Shown: positions 28,645 to 41,329 of the stretch, one piece after another
Layout of the letters: each line of letters opens with the position of its first letter
How positions within the stretch are numbered: the first letter of the stretch is position 1
Source of the DNA: Octopus bimaculoides
Lineage: Eukaryota
Direction of reading: 5' to 3'
Length of the DNA: 64,000 nucleotides
Assembly (NCBI RefSeq): GCF_001194135.2
Contig: NC_068989.1
Location: forward strand, 37,878,954-37,942,953
Translations under genes and position numbers: made by a program
Notes under the pieces: generated by a model
What the model was told of the DNA's origin: nothing
Seen by the model: only the letters and a program-made list of their open reading frames with translations
The model's database searches: none

Positions 28645-29030
28645 TCTCAGGTTCATCCCTGTATAACACCCAACAGTAGTCAGCTAACATTCCTGCATTC
28701 CAAAATCCTTGATATCGTTCTTCCATTGGTGCAATGTTTTGATGAAAGCATTCCCCTTGCTCATCAGACACTGCTCCAAGGTTCTCTGCAAAAAAGTTCA
28801 GATAATTATCTCTTTTGTAATGGCCTCTTTTGCTTGGAGTTGGTGAATCTTATACCTCCACCACTCAGTAATTCCTGACCTGCTCTAATTTCCACCTCTT
28901 GTCGCTTTTGTGTTACTATCCTCAGGCGCCACAATAATCTCAATGCTCAGTCCCTCCTCCTCAGGGCATTGTCCCTCTGGAATCTTCACACCTGCTCATA
29001 TCATTCCTGTAGATGATGACTTGGAACATC
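28645..29030 (+). mobile_element. CR1/L2-like LINE RT C-terminal fragment
   Basis: PLAH...LFCNGLFCLELVNLIPPP...AQSLLLRALSLWNL resembles CR1 PLAHRR...Y.NGLCS.EL..LIPP...SF.PR...LWN. Confidence 0.6.
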
Positions 29031-29189
29031 TATAGTATCACTCTGACCAGCCTTGGAGAGCCAGCAAAGATCATGGGCTCTGTCTTTTCCTTCAACAAAA
29101 AAAAAAAAAAAGCAAAAACCTTCTGATCTGCTGTGATATTTTGTCATTTCTACTACTATTAATGTGGTCTCTGCTCCTTAGAGATGAGT

Positions 29190-29350
29190 AAACTTCAGCT
29201 ATCACAACATTTGCCCTTCACTTACACCTGTCTGCCAAATCCTTTCATCTCAGAATGTCAATCCCTTGGAATTCTTTCCTTGGTAATGTTTTTCTTTCAC
29301 TCATTGATTTGTAGCTGTTTAAGAAGAGCATCGACCACATTGATTTCACT
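29190..29350 (+). mobile_element. CR1/L2-like LINE 3' fragment
   Basis: tcctttcatctcagaatgtcaatcccttggaattc...ctgtttaagaagagcatcgac gives SFI.RMS..WNS...LFK..I. Confidence 0.45.
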
Positions 29351-31815
29351 CATCTTTATGTAACTTCGATGTAAGTGTCAACTTACTTGGATATCTGATG
29401 TAACAGCAAGGGCATACATTCAAATTGTACTAATAATTTACTTTTGCACTGAATCTATTTAACATTTACAAGCAGGCAACTATGATTTAAACATCTGACA
29501 TTTATTCTATATAATAATTCATCTTATTCTATAACGTTTAGTGCCACCTGTTTTAATACGTATGGTACACCAGTACATATCAATAAAATAACTAAAGTCT
29601 CAAGCTCTTTTCCTATCTTGTATATAACATGTGAGATGATATGTTTTTCAGTTTCTCTTTCTAAGCTTTATTATTATAAAAAAAGCTTGTAAAGAAATAA
29701 TGAAATAATAAAAAAATCTTAATTTCAAACTTTATTTAAGATTTTCGATTGATGTTTTAGTAAACAATGAGATAAAGTGAACTGAATGTACAGGTGAGAA
29801 ATTATCAGTGAGTACTGCTTCAAACAACAGCTGCAATGTCAAAGTGCAACTTATTTACTTTGATTTTCTTTATGAAATATCTTAAGGCTGTATCAAGACT
29901 TCTGAGAGTCCTGTTATGTAAACATTCCAACAATGTTCTAGCAACAGAAGCCATATATACCAATGAAATGGTGTTATCTCAATAAATGCAAGACTTCTAC
30001 ACATTATGGGAGAAATGTTCCCTGGGGGTGTTCATAGAATAATCCATTGAGTGCTTATTATTTTGTATACATACATACATACATACACAAACACATACAT
30101 ACACACATACATACATACATACATACATATATACATACATACATACATGCATACATGCATAATCTTTTCGCTATTTTTGAACACAATCTTGCACATTTTT
30201 AAACTCTTCAAACACTCCAATAATGAGCAGCTGGTTACTCACGGTGTGAACTGATTCCATGGTTACATAAAGAGCAATCAATAACATGCTTCTCTTTCAC
30301 TTTAGTGTCTCAAGTTAGACTAAATTCAAAATGGAGCTAGAACATTTATACTCACTCCATATTGACTCTGTACCCTTTGACAAGTAGAAAAGCAGTTTAA
30401 TCACTGTTGGTACAAATAGAAAAATGTTGACATTTTAAATATTTGAATTACTTCTATGCAAAAAGGAAAAAAGATTAAGGCAGTAACTGCGTTCAGACTA
30501 ATAATATCTATATTGGATACCTCATATCTCATTGGATACCAAGATCTGATTATGCTTCTGCAGTACATTTTTGTGATCTGTGACCTACATTGTTAGACAT
30601 TGTCAGTACTTAAAAAATAATGAGTAACAAAATAAAAAAAATTCTGAATTGATACCCCCATTAACAATTACACCTTATTAACCATGCCAAAGATGGAGCC
30701 TCTGTCTGATCACTCAGCCTGCTGGAAGTATAAGCCTGAGATCACATTTTACTGTGTTAAAAGTGAAGCACACAGTGGATAAGGACATCCTAGATACATC
30801 ATCAGAATAAAAGATGAGGTGGTCATGGTTGAAACATGAACTTAAAAAATTGGAAGATCTGAAGTCATGCCAATAAATAATCCCAACAAGATGCATTTAG
30901 AGGGATTTCATTGACATAATCATTATAAGTATAGTATAAGTAATTTTTAAAATAAAGAAAGGCCTAAAAGAAGTTATTTTTGGAAATATAGCACATGTGA
31001 ATCTAAAGAGGCAATATTTGGTAATTCAACTATGGTAACTAAAAGCAAGGTTTATATTATATTCAACCTTTTTAAACTGACCGTATTTGGCACAAATATT
31101 CTACCTGCTTTATATTAAAACTGGCCAGATCTGGCCTCTCATGCCTATCCTACAATGTCATTTCAACAATAAGCTATCACAGAGTAATTTGAATGTTAAA
31201 TGGTTAATGACAATCTTACATTATCAAAATATAAGCCATTTTCTTCTACACACTGTTATACAGTAAAGTACTAAGAAATTAATATTGAAACGAATATCAA
31301 GCTCTCTGGAACTGAAATAATATAAAATGTTTACATTATTAAGGAGGATCAACATTTAACCCTTATGTAACTGTATTTCTAATGAAATGCAATATCTATA
31401 TATTTTAATTAGTTTAGAAATTAGACTAGAATTTGGAAGAATTCAATAAAATAACCAACTTCTTCAATATTATGCAGAACATAATTGATAGACAGGGTCT
31501 TACATAAAATTATGTTGGGAGATTTTAATTTAAATATGAACGCTTTAATAAAGATGTTATATTATGAACAGAGGTGGTATCACATAGGGTTAAAGATTGT
31601 CACTATCTATAAGTGACTAAAGATGATGTATCGCCTACTTGTGAAAATGAATGGCAATATAGAAATCTAATTAGCACCCTTGTGTCTCTGAGTAGGGTTA
31701 TACTAGGTATTGAGGTAAGTAGAAAAATGCTTAAAGAATTATTGCTGGAGCTGAAAACAAAGTTATGTTACACTTTATAATACATGCAACATACATGTGA
31801 GTGTGTATAATTACA

Positions 31816-33150
31816 GAGGTATCAGACTGCTGGACCAGGTCAGGAAAATTGCAGAGAGGATTATAGCTCAACTAATTAGCAAAGGAGTTAGCCTAAACAA
31901 GATGTAGTTTGATTTCATGTCAGGGAGAAGTACTACTGATACTATCTTCCTAGTAAAGCAACTGCAGGAGAAGCACTTAGTGAAAAAGAAACCTCTCTAC
32001 TTAGCTTATGTAGCTAACATGGGGAAAGTTTTTGACTGGGTCCTCTGCTCCTTTATCTGGTGGGTATTGTGCAAACTAGGGATAGACGAGTAGTTGTTGA
32101 GAGCTGTACACTCCATATACAGGGATACAGTCAGTAAGGTGAAAGTTGACAATGAGTATGGCAACAAATTGCTGCAGGCTCTCCCACTCTCCCTCATATG
32201 CTTGTCTGCACACCAAAGATCCATTCTTAGCCACCTCTTGTTTATCATAATCCTCCCAGCCATAACTGATGAATTTAGGAGTGGCTGCCCTTGGGAACTC
32301 CTCTATGCTGATGACCTAATTCTTATAGACGAATTATCTACTAAAATTAGAGAAGAAATTTCAGGTGTGGAAGCAAGGTCTGGAATCAAAGAGGCATAGA
32401 TTTCGTTTAGCAAAGACCAAAGTCCTGGTAAGTAGGAAAGCAGACAAATTACTATTCTCTTCTGGGAGATAGTTGTGCTCAATATGTAGAAAAGATGTAG
32501 GTAAGAATCTATATGGTGTACTGAGTGCAAGCTATAGACACATAAGAGGTGCAGTGATATCATCAGAAGATAAACAGAGAAAATAGTCTTTGTATGTGGT
32601 AGACATTCAGGTACAATAACTATCAAGAATGTATAGGAAATAGACGCCAACCCACCACCCATGATCACCATTTGCTGCAGGCTCCCCCACTCTCCCTCAT
32701 ATGCCTGTCTGCACATATATCTTTCTCTCACATATATTTCTCTCACCATCACTTGCTACAGTCACCTCTCTCCTCACACGCTTATGGAACATCCCCCTCT
32801 ATCACTTCTGTACACTTATACTCTCCACCACCATTCCACAATCTATTTCTTTCTCATACTCTGGCTGTCTCTATATTTCTCTTTCCTTTCCTTCCTTTTC
32901 CTGCTGGATAGCCAAGTATCTCCTCTATAGTAAAAAACCTATCTCTTTCCTTCTATTATACTTTAACTTGTCAACTGGCACAAAACCAACTCCCTTGGTT
33001 TCAGTCCCTCTCCCATCTGTGAGGTCTTCATCTTGCACATTACTTGACAACTTCACTGGTGTTGGTGCCATGTAAAAAGTACTGGTGCTACATAAAAAGC
33101 ACCCAATACACACTATAAAGTGGTCAGCATTATGAAGAGATCCACTCAAT
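31816..33150 (+). mobile_element. RTE-clade LINE relic: RT domain plus pyrimidine-rich 3' region and tail
   Basis: RGIRLLDQVRKIAERII...GRSTTDTIFLVKQLQEKH...LFIIILPAITDEFRSGCPWELLYADDLIL (YADD motif); multiple stops and frameshifts. Confidence 0.9.
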
Positions 33151-34521
33151 CACACTTTATTGACTTAAACAATGGAAGGACTTATTCAACAGTGTATTAC
33201 ATATAATATGTTAGAAAAAATGATGGGATGGTTACATCTAGAATATCCTTGATCACAGATCTGCTGGATCTGGTCTGATCTGAGGCTAAACAATAGCAAT
33301 GACTTTCAGTAACTCTGTATAATGTATGAAAAGTTTTCTTTGGTGATAAGTTGCAGTTAGATTGAGTTTTAAATGTTATATTCCATATATCAGATGGTAT
33401 GACTTAGTAGATTGAATTACTGTATAGAACTAACTTATTGACTGAAAGAACAGCAGTTCATCTTGTACTGTTGGCACTGTACTGTTTAATTAACAGAAAT
33501 ACCTGGTGGTAGATATTAACAATAGCAGCATAAAGTATACTTCTTTAAATAGTGAAGGTAATACATAATATATTCATATTTTTACTAGCTTACAATATTT
33601 AACTAAAATGACCCCCATAGACTGGGTGAAGGTGTTAAGGAAATTATCGCAGTGTATCTCACCTTTGGTTCTCTACATGGAAAAAGTTATCAATAGTTTC
33701 TAATAATTTCACTTTATCTGTCTGAGTAGAGAGATTATATTATGAGGTAACTTGAAATATGTCAAAGTGTATAATTAAAATTTGATTTTGGTGATGTCAA
33801 AGAGTATAAGTAAAATTTGGTTTTGGTGGTATTGTTGTTGTTGATAATGACACTGAAAGTTGTTCATTGGAGTTTATTAGTTTTATTAAAACTAGAATTG
33901 TTTTCCAGGAAAATGAAAGCTATTTGTGTGTCTGACCACAAAACTATAAGGTGGTTGGTTTCCAAAATACCTTGCAGTATGGTAATATTTAATAAACAAC
34001 TATGGGAAGGAATTCATTTTTATATAATTGGATGTTGTACATTAACACTAAATATTTAATGAGCCAATAAGGGTGCTTTTTCATGGTTGTTCTCCCTACT
34101 AGAACCAACAGTCAAATCTCTGTGAAATCATAGCCTGCTATCTTTAAAAAAAGGACACATATGTAATGTAATTATGGGTCCCCTGTACATAGAACAGACA
34201 GGATGGTTCTGTTACTTGATCATAGGTCTGCTCAATCGGGCTTGATTTCAAGTTAAACAACAAGAAGCACAAGAAAAACAATTATAACTAAACATTTAAA
34301 TGCACAACAATGGCTGTACAACTATGCAGTAGGACTGATTGCTATTTTACAGTTAAATTGAGTGAATCAGGTTATATGAATTACATTATCATAAATATGC
34401 AATACATTGTCATTAGCTGACTTGTTTGAACTTTGGAGTCATCTATTTATGCTTTAACTAGCATTCAGAAGAGCAGATTCATAAGAGTAGTTATAGAACT
34501 CTTCTTTCTCATTTGAAATTA

Positions 34522-35030
34522 CTAACCCTATACAAAGCCCAAGTGACATCCAGGATGAAGCACTGCTCCAGCAATCAGGATGGTGCTGATACTAGACATA
34601 CAGACATCCTGGATCATATGAAAAAAGCCAACTGACATAAACTTGTCAACCAACATACTTCAGCCCCTGGCTCACTGGCATACGATTTTTTCACTCTGCT
34701 GCTGGAGCTAACTGGTCTGATACCATCTCTATTCAGATCCACTCATCTCAGATTCACTCATCTCTTGCCCACTCTTAACTGACATTGTATCCACCACCCA
34801 GACCTCTGCTTCTTGGAACTGGCTACCCACATATATTCACTCAGATCAACCTGACTCTCTCGTCTTTTCTTCCTTCTTCACGGATATTGTGTTCACCATC
34901 CAGACCTTTATATTAACCACTTTCACAGTCCTTCCACCTTGAAATGTGGAATGCATCTAGAATTCCTTTCCCATGTTTTTCTTACTGCCCCTAAACTTTG
35001 AGCATTTCAAGAGAAACATCAACTTTACCA
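34522..35030 (+). mobile_element. CR1-like LINE RT C-terminal relic
   Basis: LTLYKAQVTSRMKHCS..DGADTRHTDILDHMKK matches CR1 LTLYKAQ.RP.MEYCS.W.GA....LD..QK; 3' end near 35030. Confidence 0.65.
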
Positions 35031-36339
35031 GTTTCACCAGAGACTGGATCTGTAAAGGTAAAGAACACAACCTCTTATTCCAGACTAAACCATATAAAAA
35101 ACATAATAAATAACAGACTGAAATAAAGCAAATTGATAAATGTGTGAAACTGTTAAACTTTTTTAGCACATCAGAGGTGGATCATTTAAACCTGAAGTAA
35201 AAATAGAAGTATGTCATTAAAATTTAATTTTTAGTTATACAATAAAGCCATAATGATTTACAAATTTCAACTATTGTTCACATTAACTGGTACAAAAACA
35301 AGACACGTGGCCATTTTAGGAATTTGCTTTGTATTTCATTATTTTACTCTCATACCAATTAAATGCTCTTAATATGAGATCGATTGCAAATAACAAGCCT
35401 GTTTATGTATTTTTTGCATGAATACACATGCACACACACATGTGTATGTATGTATGAAGTGGTGGCCATTTGTATAGGAGAGAAAAGTTTGCAGTAAGGA
35501 TGCTTTGAGCTAAGAAATCTTTTAAAATGTGATTATCATGTTATTAACAGTACCATCAATGAAATAAAATAAAATTACCAGTGGTAATAAAACTTAGGCA
35601 GAAGTGTTGTGCTAACAGCAGCACTTTAAACAAATAAAACTCTGTAATGATAATAAAATGGACAAGAAAGGAAAAAAGAGTAGTTTAGCTATCCAACTGT
35701 GCATATATATGAACGACAACAAAACTATGTGTATGTGCATACTATATATAGGCAGGGAAATTAATAAGAATACAAAACTTAAAATTATAGCAAAAACAGA
35801 AATAAAATATGATAAACATGCAAACAATAGACATTTTTTTTTTCTCAATGGTTTCTCTCTTTATCCACTATCCTTCCCTAAATATACGATTATTGCTTCT
35901 GGTACAGAAAATAACACAATAAAACAAATGTAAAGAGGTATTCCAGTACTGAAATACAAGCTTTAATAACATCATAAAAAATCTGATGTGAATTTTTAAA
36001 GTCTAAAACTTTTTAAAGAATTTTATTTCAGCAATTAAATCTCACTTATTTATTAAATATATTTATTAATTAAATTTTGTCTGTGACTTGAATATTAAAA
36101 AGAAAATACTAGCAAATAATTCATTTATAAGGGAATTTGGCTAATTAAATGTTGGATTTTAGCTAAAAGTTTTCCTCTAATATATGTTTTAATTGGTTGT
36201 TCTTTAGTTCTTTCATTAGAATATGGTGTGAAAACTTTTGTTACCACATCTAAAAATCTCTCATTAAAGAAGGACTCCTCCTTTTTACAATATCTAACTT
36301 TGTTTTCTTATTTTTCTCTATATATTTAATGAAGAAAGT

Positions 36340-36545
36340 TGTGGATTGGCAGAATCACCAAAGCCTTGCAGTATTTGTGCTGGTTCTTTTTATATTTTGA
36401 GTTTAAATCCTGTTGAGGTCAACTTAGCTACTATTTCTCCAGAGTTGACAAAATAAAGTACCAGTCAAGAACTCATGGTGGTGGTGACAAGGTTGATTTC
36501 ATTGACTGTCATTTTCTTCCAAATTTTTGGCCTTGTACTTACTAA
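36340..36545 (+). mobile_element. SINE type A, diverged
   Basis: ggcagaatc...gagtttaaatcc...gaggtcaact...aaaataaagtaccag...ggccttgtac. Confidence 0.6.
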
Positions 36546-37009
36546 CAAATGCCAAAGCTATTTGAAACAATGATATACAGAACATCTGGACAAAATATTT
36601 ACAGCTTTATTCACATGCTCAGCTCTGTGGATATTGATAAGAAGGTTGACTCAAATAGCTCCATCCTCTTTTAACTATAAAACACACTTTTGGTATATCA
36701 TTAACTACTGTAAGTAATCTGGGTACCGAGGATTTGAACATGCTCATAGTATATCAATCTCGCTACTGCCAGTTAGCAAGGAACTGGGATGAGGAAAAAA
36801 TAAAGTTGATTAGAAGTTCTATCTTTTCTATTTTTACCTCCAGCATATTTTCAGAATGAACTGGGAAATGGTAGAGTTTCATGAAAGGAATGGTAATATA
36901 TCAACTTTGACTGTTCTGCCTGAAGATAGATTTCTGTCTGATGTTTTATTGATTGTTATCAACTTCATATTTCCTTTTGGTGATAATTAATATGACAGAA
37001 AGTAAAGTA

Positions 37010-37017
37010 ACATCATC

Positions 37018-37049
<32 letters not shown>

Positions 37050-37125
37050 CATCATCATCACCATCACCACCACCATCACCACCACCATTATCATCAAATG
37101 ATAATAATAATGATAATAATAATGG
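37010..37125. repeat. (CAT)n/(CAC)n/(AAT)n trinucleotide run
   Basis: Direct reading. Confidence 0.9.
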
Positions 37126-37127
37126 TT

Positions 37128-37335
37128 TCGAATTTTGGCAAAGGACTAGCAATTTTAGGAGGAGGAGAGCAATTCAATTAAATTGACACCAGTATTCAAC
37201 TAGTACTTATTTTATCAACCCTGAAGGATAAAAGGCAATGTTGATCTCAGTGGAATTTGAACTCAAAAAGATCAAGAGCTGAAAGCAACACTTCTCAGCA
37301 TTTTGCCCAACTCTCTAATGATTCTGCCAGCAGTA
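37128..37335 (-). mobile_element. SINE type A
   Basis: agtacttattttatcaaccctgaaggataaaaggcaatgttgatctcagtggaatttgaactc...gattctgccagc. Confidence 0.7.
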
Positions 37336-38257
37336 ATTATATCTTCCATTAGTAAAAAACTAGGAATATTTTTGGGGAGACACACTACTTGTCTAATATT
37401 TAATCAATTAAACACAGAAAAATAAATGGTAAAATTGACTTTGGCATAATTTGGATGTAATGGGTTGCAACTCAATCTGCATGGCATACATCCAGCACTC
37501 TAATAAATCTGCCTATCCACCAAGGAACATTAACAAATATATATATATTTATTTGTTCTTACATTCATTTTTCCATGTTAGCACAGATTAGATGATTACA
37601 TTATTGAGGAATTTGTCTTATTGTTGGATAACCTTCTTGTTGCCAACCCTACTTGTTTTCCAAGTTAAACAAACTTTTTAAAGGTGTGAACAAAGTAGAC
37701 AATTTGTTGAAAGATGGGACAATAACAATAACACTGGTTGTAGTGAGTGACTTTCTGAGATCTCAAATGTAAAAAAAGCACATCCACACACATCCACATG
37801 CACAAACACACACACACACATACATACATGCATATGTACACACTATTTACCTACCTAACTACATGCCTAGGTGTGTGTATATGTATCTATATGTATCTAG
37901 GTATGTGTATATGTATCTATATACATATACACACACCTACAGACATACATATAGACACACATAGGCATGTAGTTAGGTCGGTAAATAGTATGTACATATG
38001 CATGTATGTATGCGTGTGTGTTCACTCACACAGCTTTGGGTCACACATGGCTATAGTAGAATACACTTGCCCAAGTCAGTGTGCTGTGGGATTGAACTTT
38101 GAAACCGCAGGGTTGGGAAGTAAACTTCTTAACCATACAACCAAACCTGCACCTGTATATGCCAATATGGTACATGGATCTTAAATGATGAAGATGATGA
38201 TAATGATATATACAAGCTAAAGAGGCTTTTGAATCATCATTTGTGTGCGTACATGTA

Positions 38258-38368
<111 letters not shown>

Positions 38369-38648
38369 ATGCATGTGTCAGCATGTTTGTTTATGTTTGT
38401 GTTCTTCTGAAACTTGCAAGCTACAAGCAATGATGTTGTTATTTCTCTTGTCAACAAATCATCTCCTGGCTATATGCATCTGAAGAAATGTGAAATAAGA
38501 GATACATCACTTGGAAAACAGGTAACAAACAAAAAATTAATTCCTCAATGATATATTTGCAGAACCCATGCTAACATAGAAAAATGGGTATAAAAACAAA
38601 TGAAAAATGAATGTGTACATACATACATACATACATACATAATTATAC

Positions 38649-38686
<38 letters not shown>

Positions 38687-40067
38687 TCATATATTTGTTG
38701 TGACAAAACATGAAGCCATTTTTTTATAGAAGTGCAGGAAGCCTATTGAATTATTTTCAGTGTATCACTGGTATTACTTTTATAGAGATCTTGGGTGATG
38801 AAAAGGAAAGCTGATTCCAGAAACATTTGAATCATCCTCTGTGTATGTGTGTGCATGCACACACACACACACACACACGTGTGCGCATGCAGGCACACAC
38901 ATGCACACATACATACACACACACACACATATATTTAAATCTGAACAGGGAAGTACTGATATAAGCCAAGTAATGCATCCAGTCTAGCATTGTTTACAAT
39001 TACCATGAGTGGAATGTATTTGTGACCAATCCAATATATACAAGACAAGATGAAAGAAAAAGAGAAAAAGAAGAAAATAGACAGACTAACAGTCAAAGTC
39101 AAAGAGAATTTGCAAAACAGAATACAATGCTTCACTGATATCATACTTAAAGACAGTAATTCTTCTTAACTTAAAGAATATTTAGGTTTGTGTGGTTTTA
39201 CATTGATTTTTTTCTTTTTCTTTTAAACATGATAGTGGTGAGGGTGATTGTAGTGAGACTGATGAAAAAGAAGTACAGATTTAAAAATCAGAATTGAATT
39301 TATCCAACTGTGTTATGAGATTGGTGTAGCTCGAGATTCACTTTATTTGACAACGTTTTTTGCAATATATTTTCAAAGACGTTTATTTTTTTCTTTCTTG
39401 GTAGCATCGGTTGGATAGTTTGAATGAATTGTTAACATAACAGATGATTTACAACTAGATGCAGTTACTAATGCCAACCACTCAACCAATAAGTGGTTGG
39501 CGTAAAATGGTAGTATCTATTTTTCTGAAAGTTTGCCTGAGGCAAGTGGAGTAATGTGTTTGTTTGAGAGAATAGTACAGCAACGTCTGTGATTATTATG
39601 TTTGATATCATTTGTATTTTAGTTAGTAGTTAGTTTCTGTCACTCACTTGAAAATGTGTAAGCCTGTTGGTGCACAGCTAGTTGCATGGCCACTATTGCA
39701 TAACTTTTAACAAAGAACTTTTACAAGTGTTTACCAACATGTACTATAGGAGACACAACAAATGACTTGGGATTTATTTAGTCTCCTCTCTATTCAACTC
39801 TCTATTAAAAGTTCCTTGCATTTGTTTTCTTTTTTTTTTTAATTAAAAAATACATATGGAAGAAGCAAGGCTTGAAGCCTGTAGTGGCCTACTCAGACTG
39901 GTGACTTGTGAAAATGTGGGTTGAGAAGAGAAGGCTCTGCAGTAGTTTATAATTGTGGATTGTAAGGATTTAGACAGGGGGAGATGAGAGAGAGGAATGT
40001 TGAATCATAAGTGAAGATCATGATCAGTATGCGAATAGTCTTTATCCCTAATATTCACCATTATTAT

Positions 40068-41110
40068 GAAGGTGGCGAGGTGGCAGAATCATTAGCAAAC
40101 CGGGCAGAATGCTTAGTGGCATTTCATTTGTCCTTACGTTCTGAGTTCAGATTCCACTGAGCTTGAGTTTGCCTTTCATCTTTCTGGGTTGATAAAATAA
40201 GTACCAGTTGAACACTGTGGTCAATCTAATTGACTTGCCCACTCACCTCAAACTTGCTGGCTTTGTGCCAAAATGTGGAACCAATATTTCCCATTGTTGC
40301 TTGACTTTAAGCCAGCATTAATTGTGCAAACCTATTATCAAAAGGATCCCAGTCATTGTCATCTCAACTTTTTGTTGGTTATAATGTATATAGGATTACA
40401 TTATCCAAAGGGCAGTGAGCTGGCAGAATCATTAGCATGCAGGATGAAATGCTTAGTAGTATTTTGCCCGTCGCTACATTCTGAGTTCAAATTCCACCGA
40501 GGGCGACTTTACCTTTCTTCTTTTCAGGGTTGGTAAAACAAGTACCAGTGAAACACTAGGGTCGATGTAATCAACTAGTTCCCTCCCCCAAAAATTTCAG
40601 GCCTTGTGCCTATAGTAGAAAGGATTATCTAATTTGCCCATTTTTAATATAGTATATTTGATTTCAAGGAGATTTGGATATCCTTTTCCAGCTATGACCA
40701 TCTCATCCTTCTCCCAAATATATTAATAGCATATCTAGGACTACACTATCCAGTCCATTTACAAATTGGTGAGCTGTAAATAAATGGTGATTTGGTTGCT
40801 ATTTCTAGCAGGTTAAGTAATCCCATAGAAGTTTCCTTCCTCTCAACACCATAAGTGCTGATAGATCAACTACCCTATTGCACAATTTATATTCGTACAT
40901 AACAAAGCAAGAATAAGTATCTAAATAATAACAATAGTTATTAGGTAGGTGGAGGTTGAATTCAGTACCATATAGGACTAAATACTGTTTGTATTTGGTT
41001 ACATCCCCTTGCTTATGTTTTGAGTTCAAAGCTATCCCAATTTCACTTTGTTCTTCGTCCTTCCAATGTTAATAGAATACCAATAAAATAAGTATAAAGT
41101 TGATGTGAAT
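40068..41110 (+). mobile_element. Cluster of same-strand type A SINEs (two near full-length, one partial) with an unrelated repeat between
   Basis: Heads aaggtggcgaggtggcagaatcattagc (~40069) and aagggcagtgagctggcagaatcattagc (~40408); partial core near 41010-41100. Confidence 0.75.
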
Positions 41111-41329
41111 TGATTAATTACTTGAAGAGGGCTCTACAACATGGCCACAATCAGTTAACTAAAATCAGCAAAAAAAAAATTGAATGCAATAGCAAGCAAT
41201 GAGAACCAATAATAGATAGAATGAAATATTTCAATTTATAAATACTATACGTGATTAGGAAACTAAAACATGCAAACAACAAAGAATAAGAGTAGAATAC
41301 CTTAACTCATATAACAGAAGAATAATTAT

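Noticed and set aside
28642-28878. 78-aa ORF with an apparent acceptor
   Set aside because: Translation matches a CR1 RT C-terminus and continues past a stop
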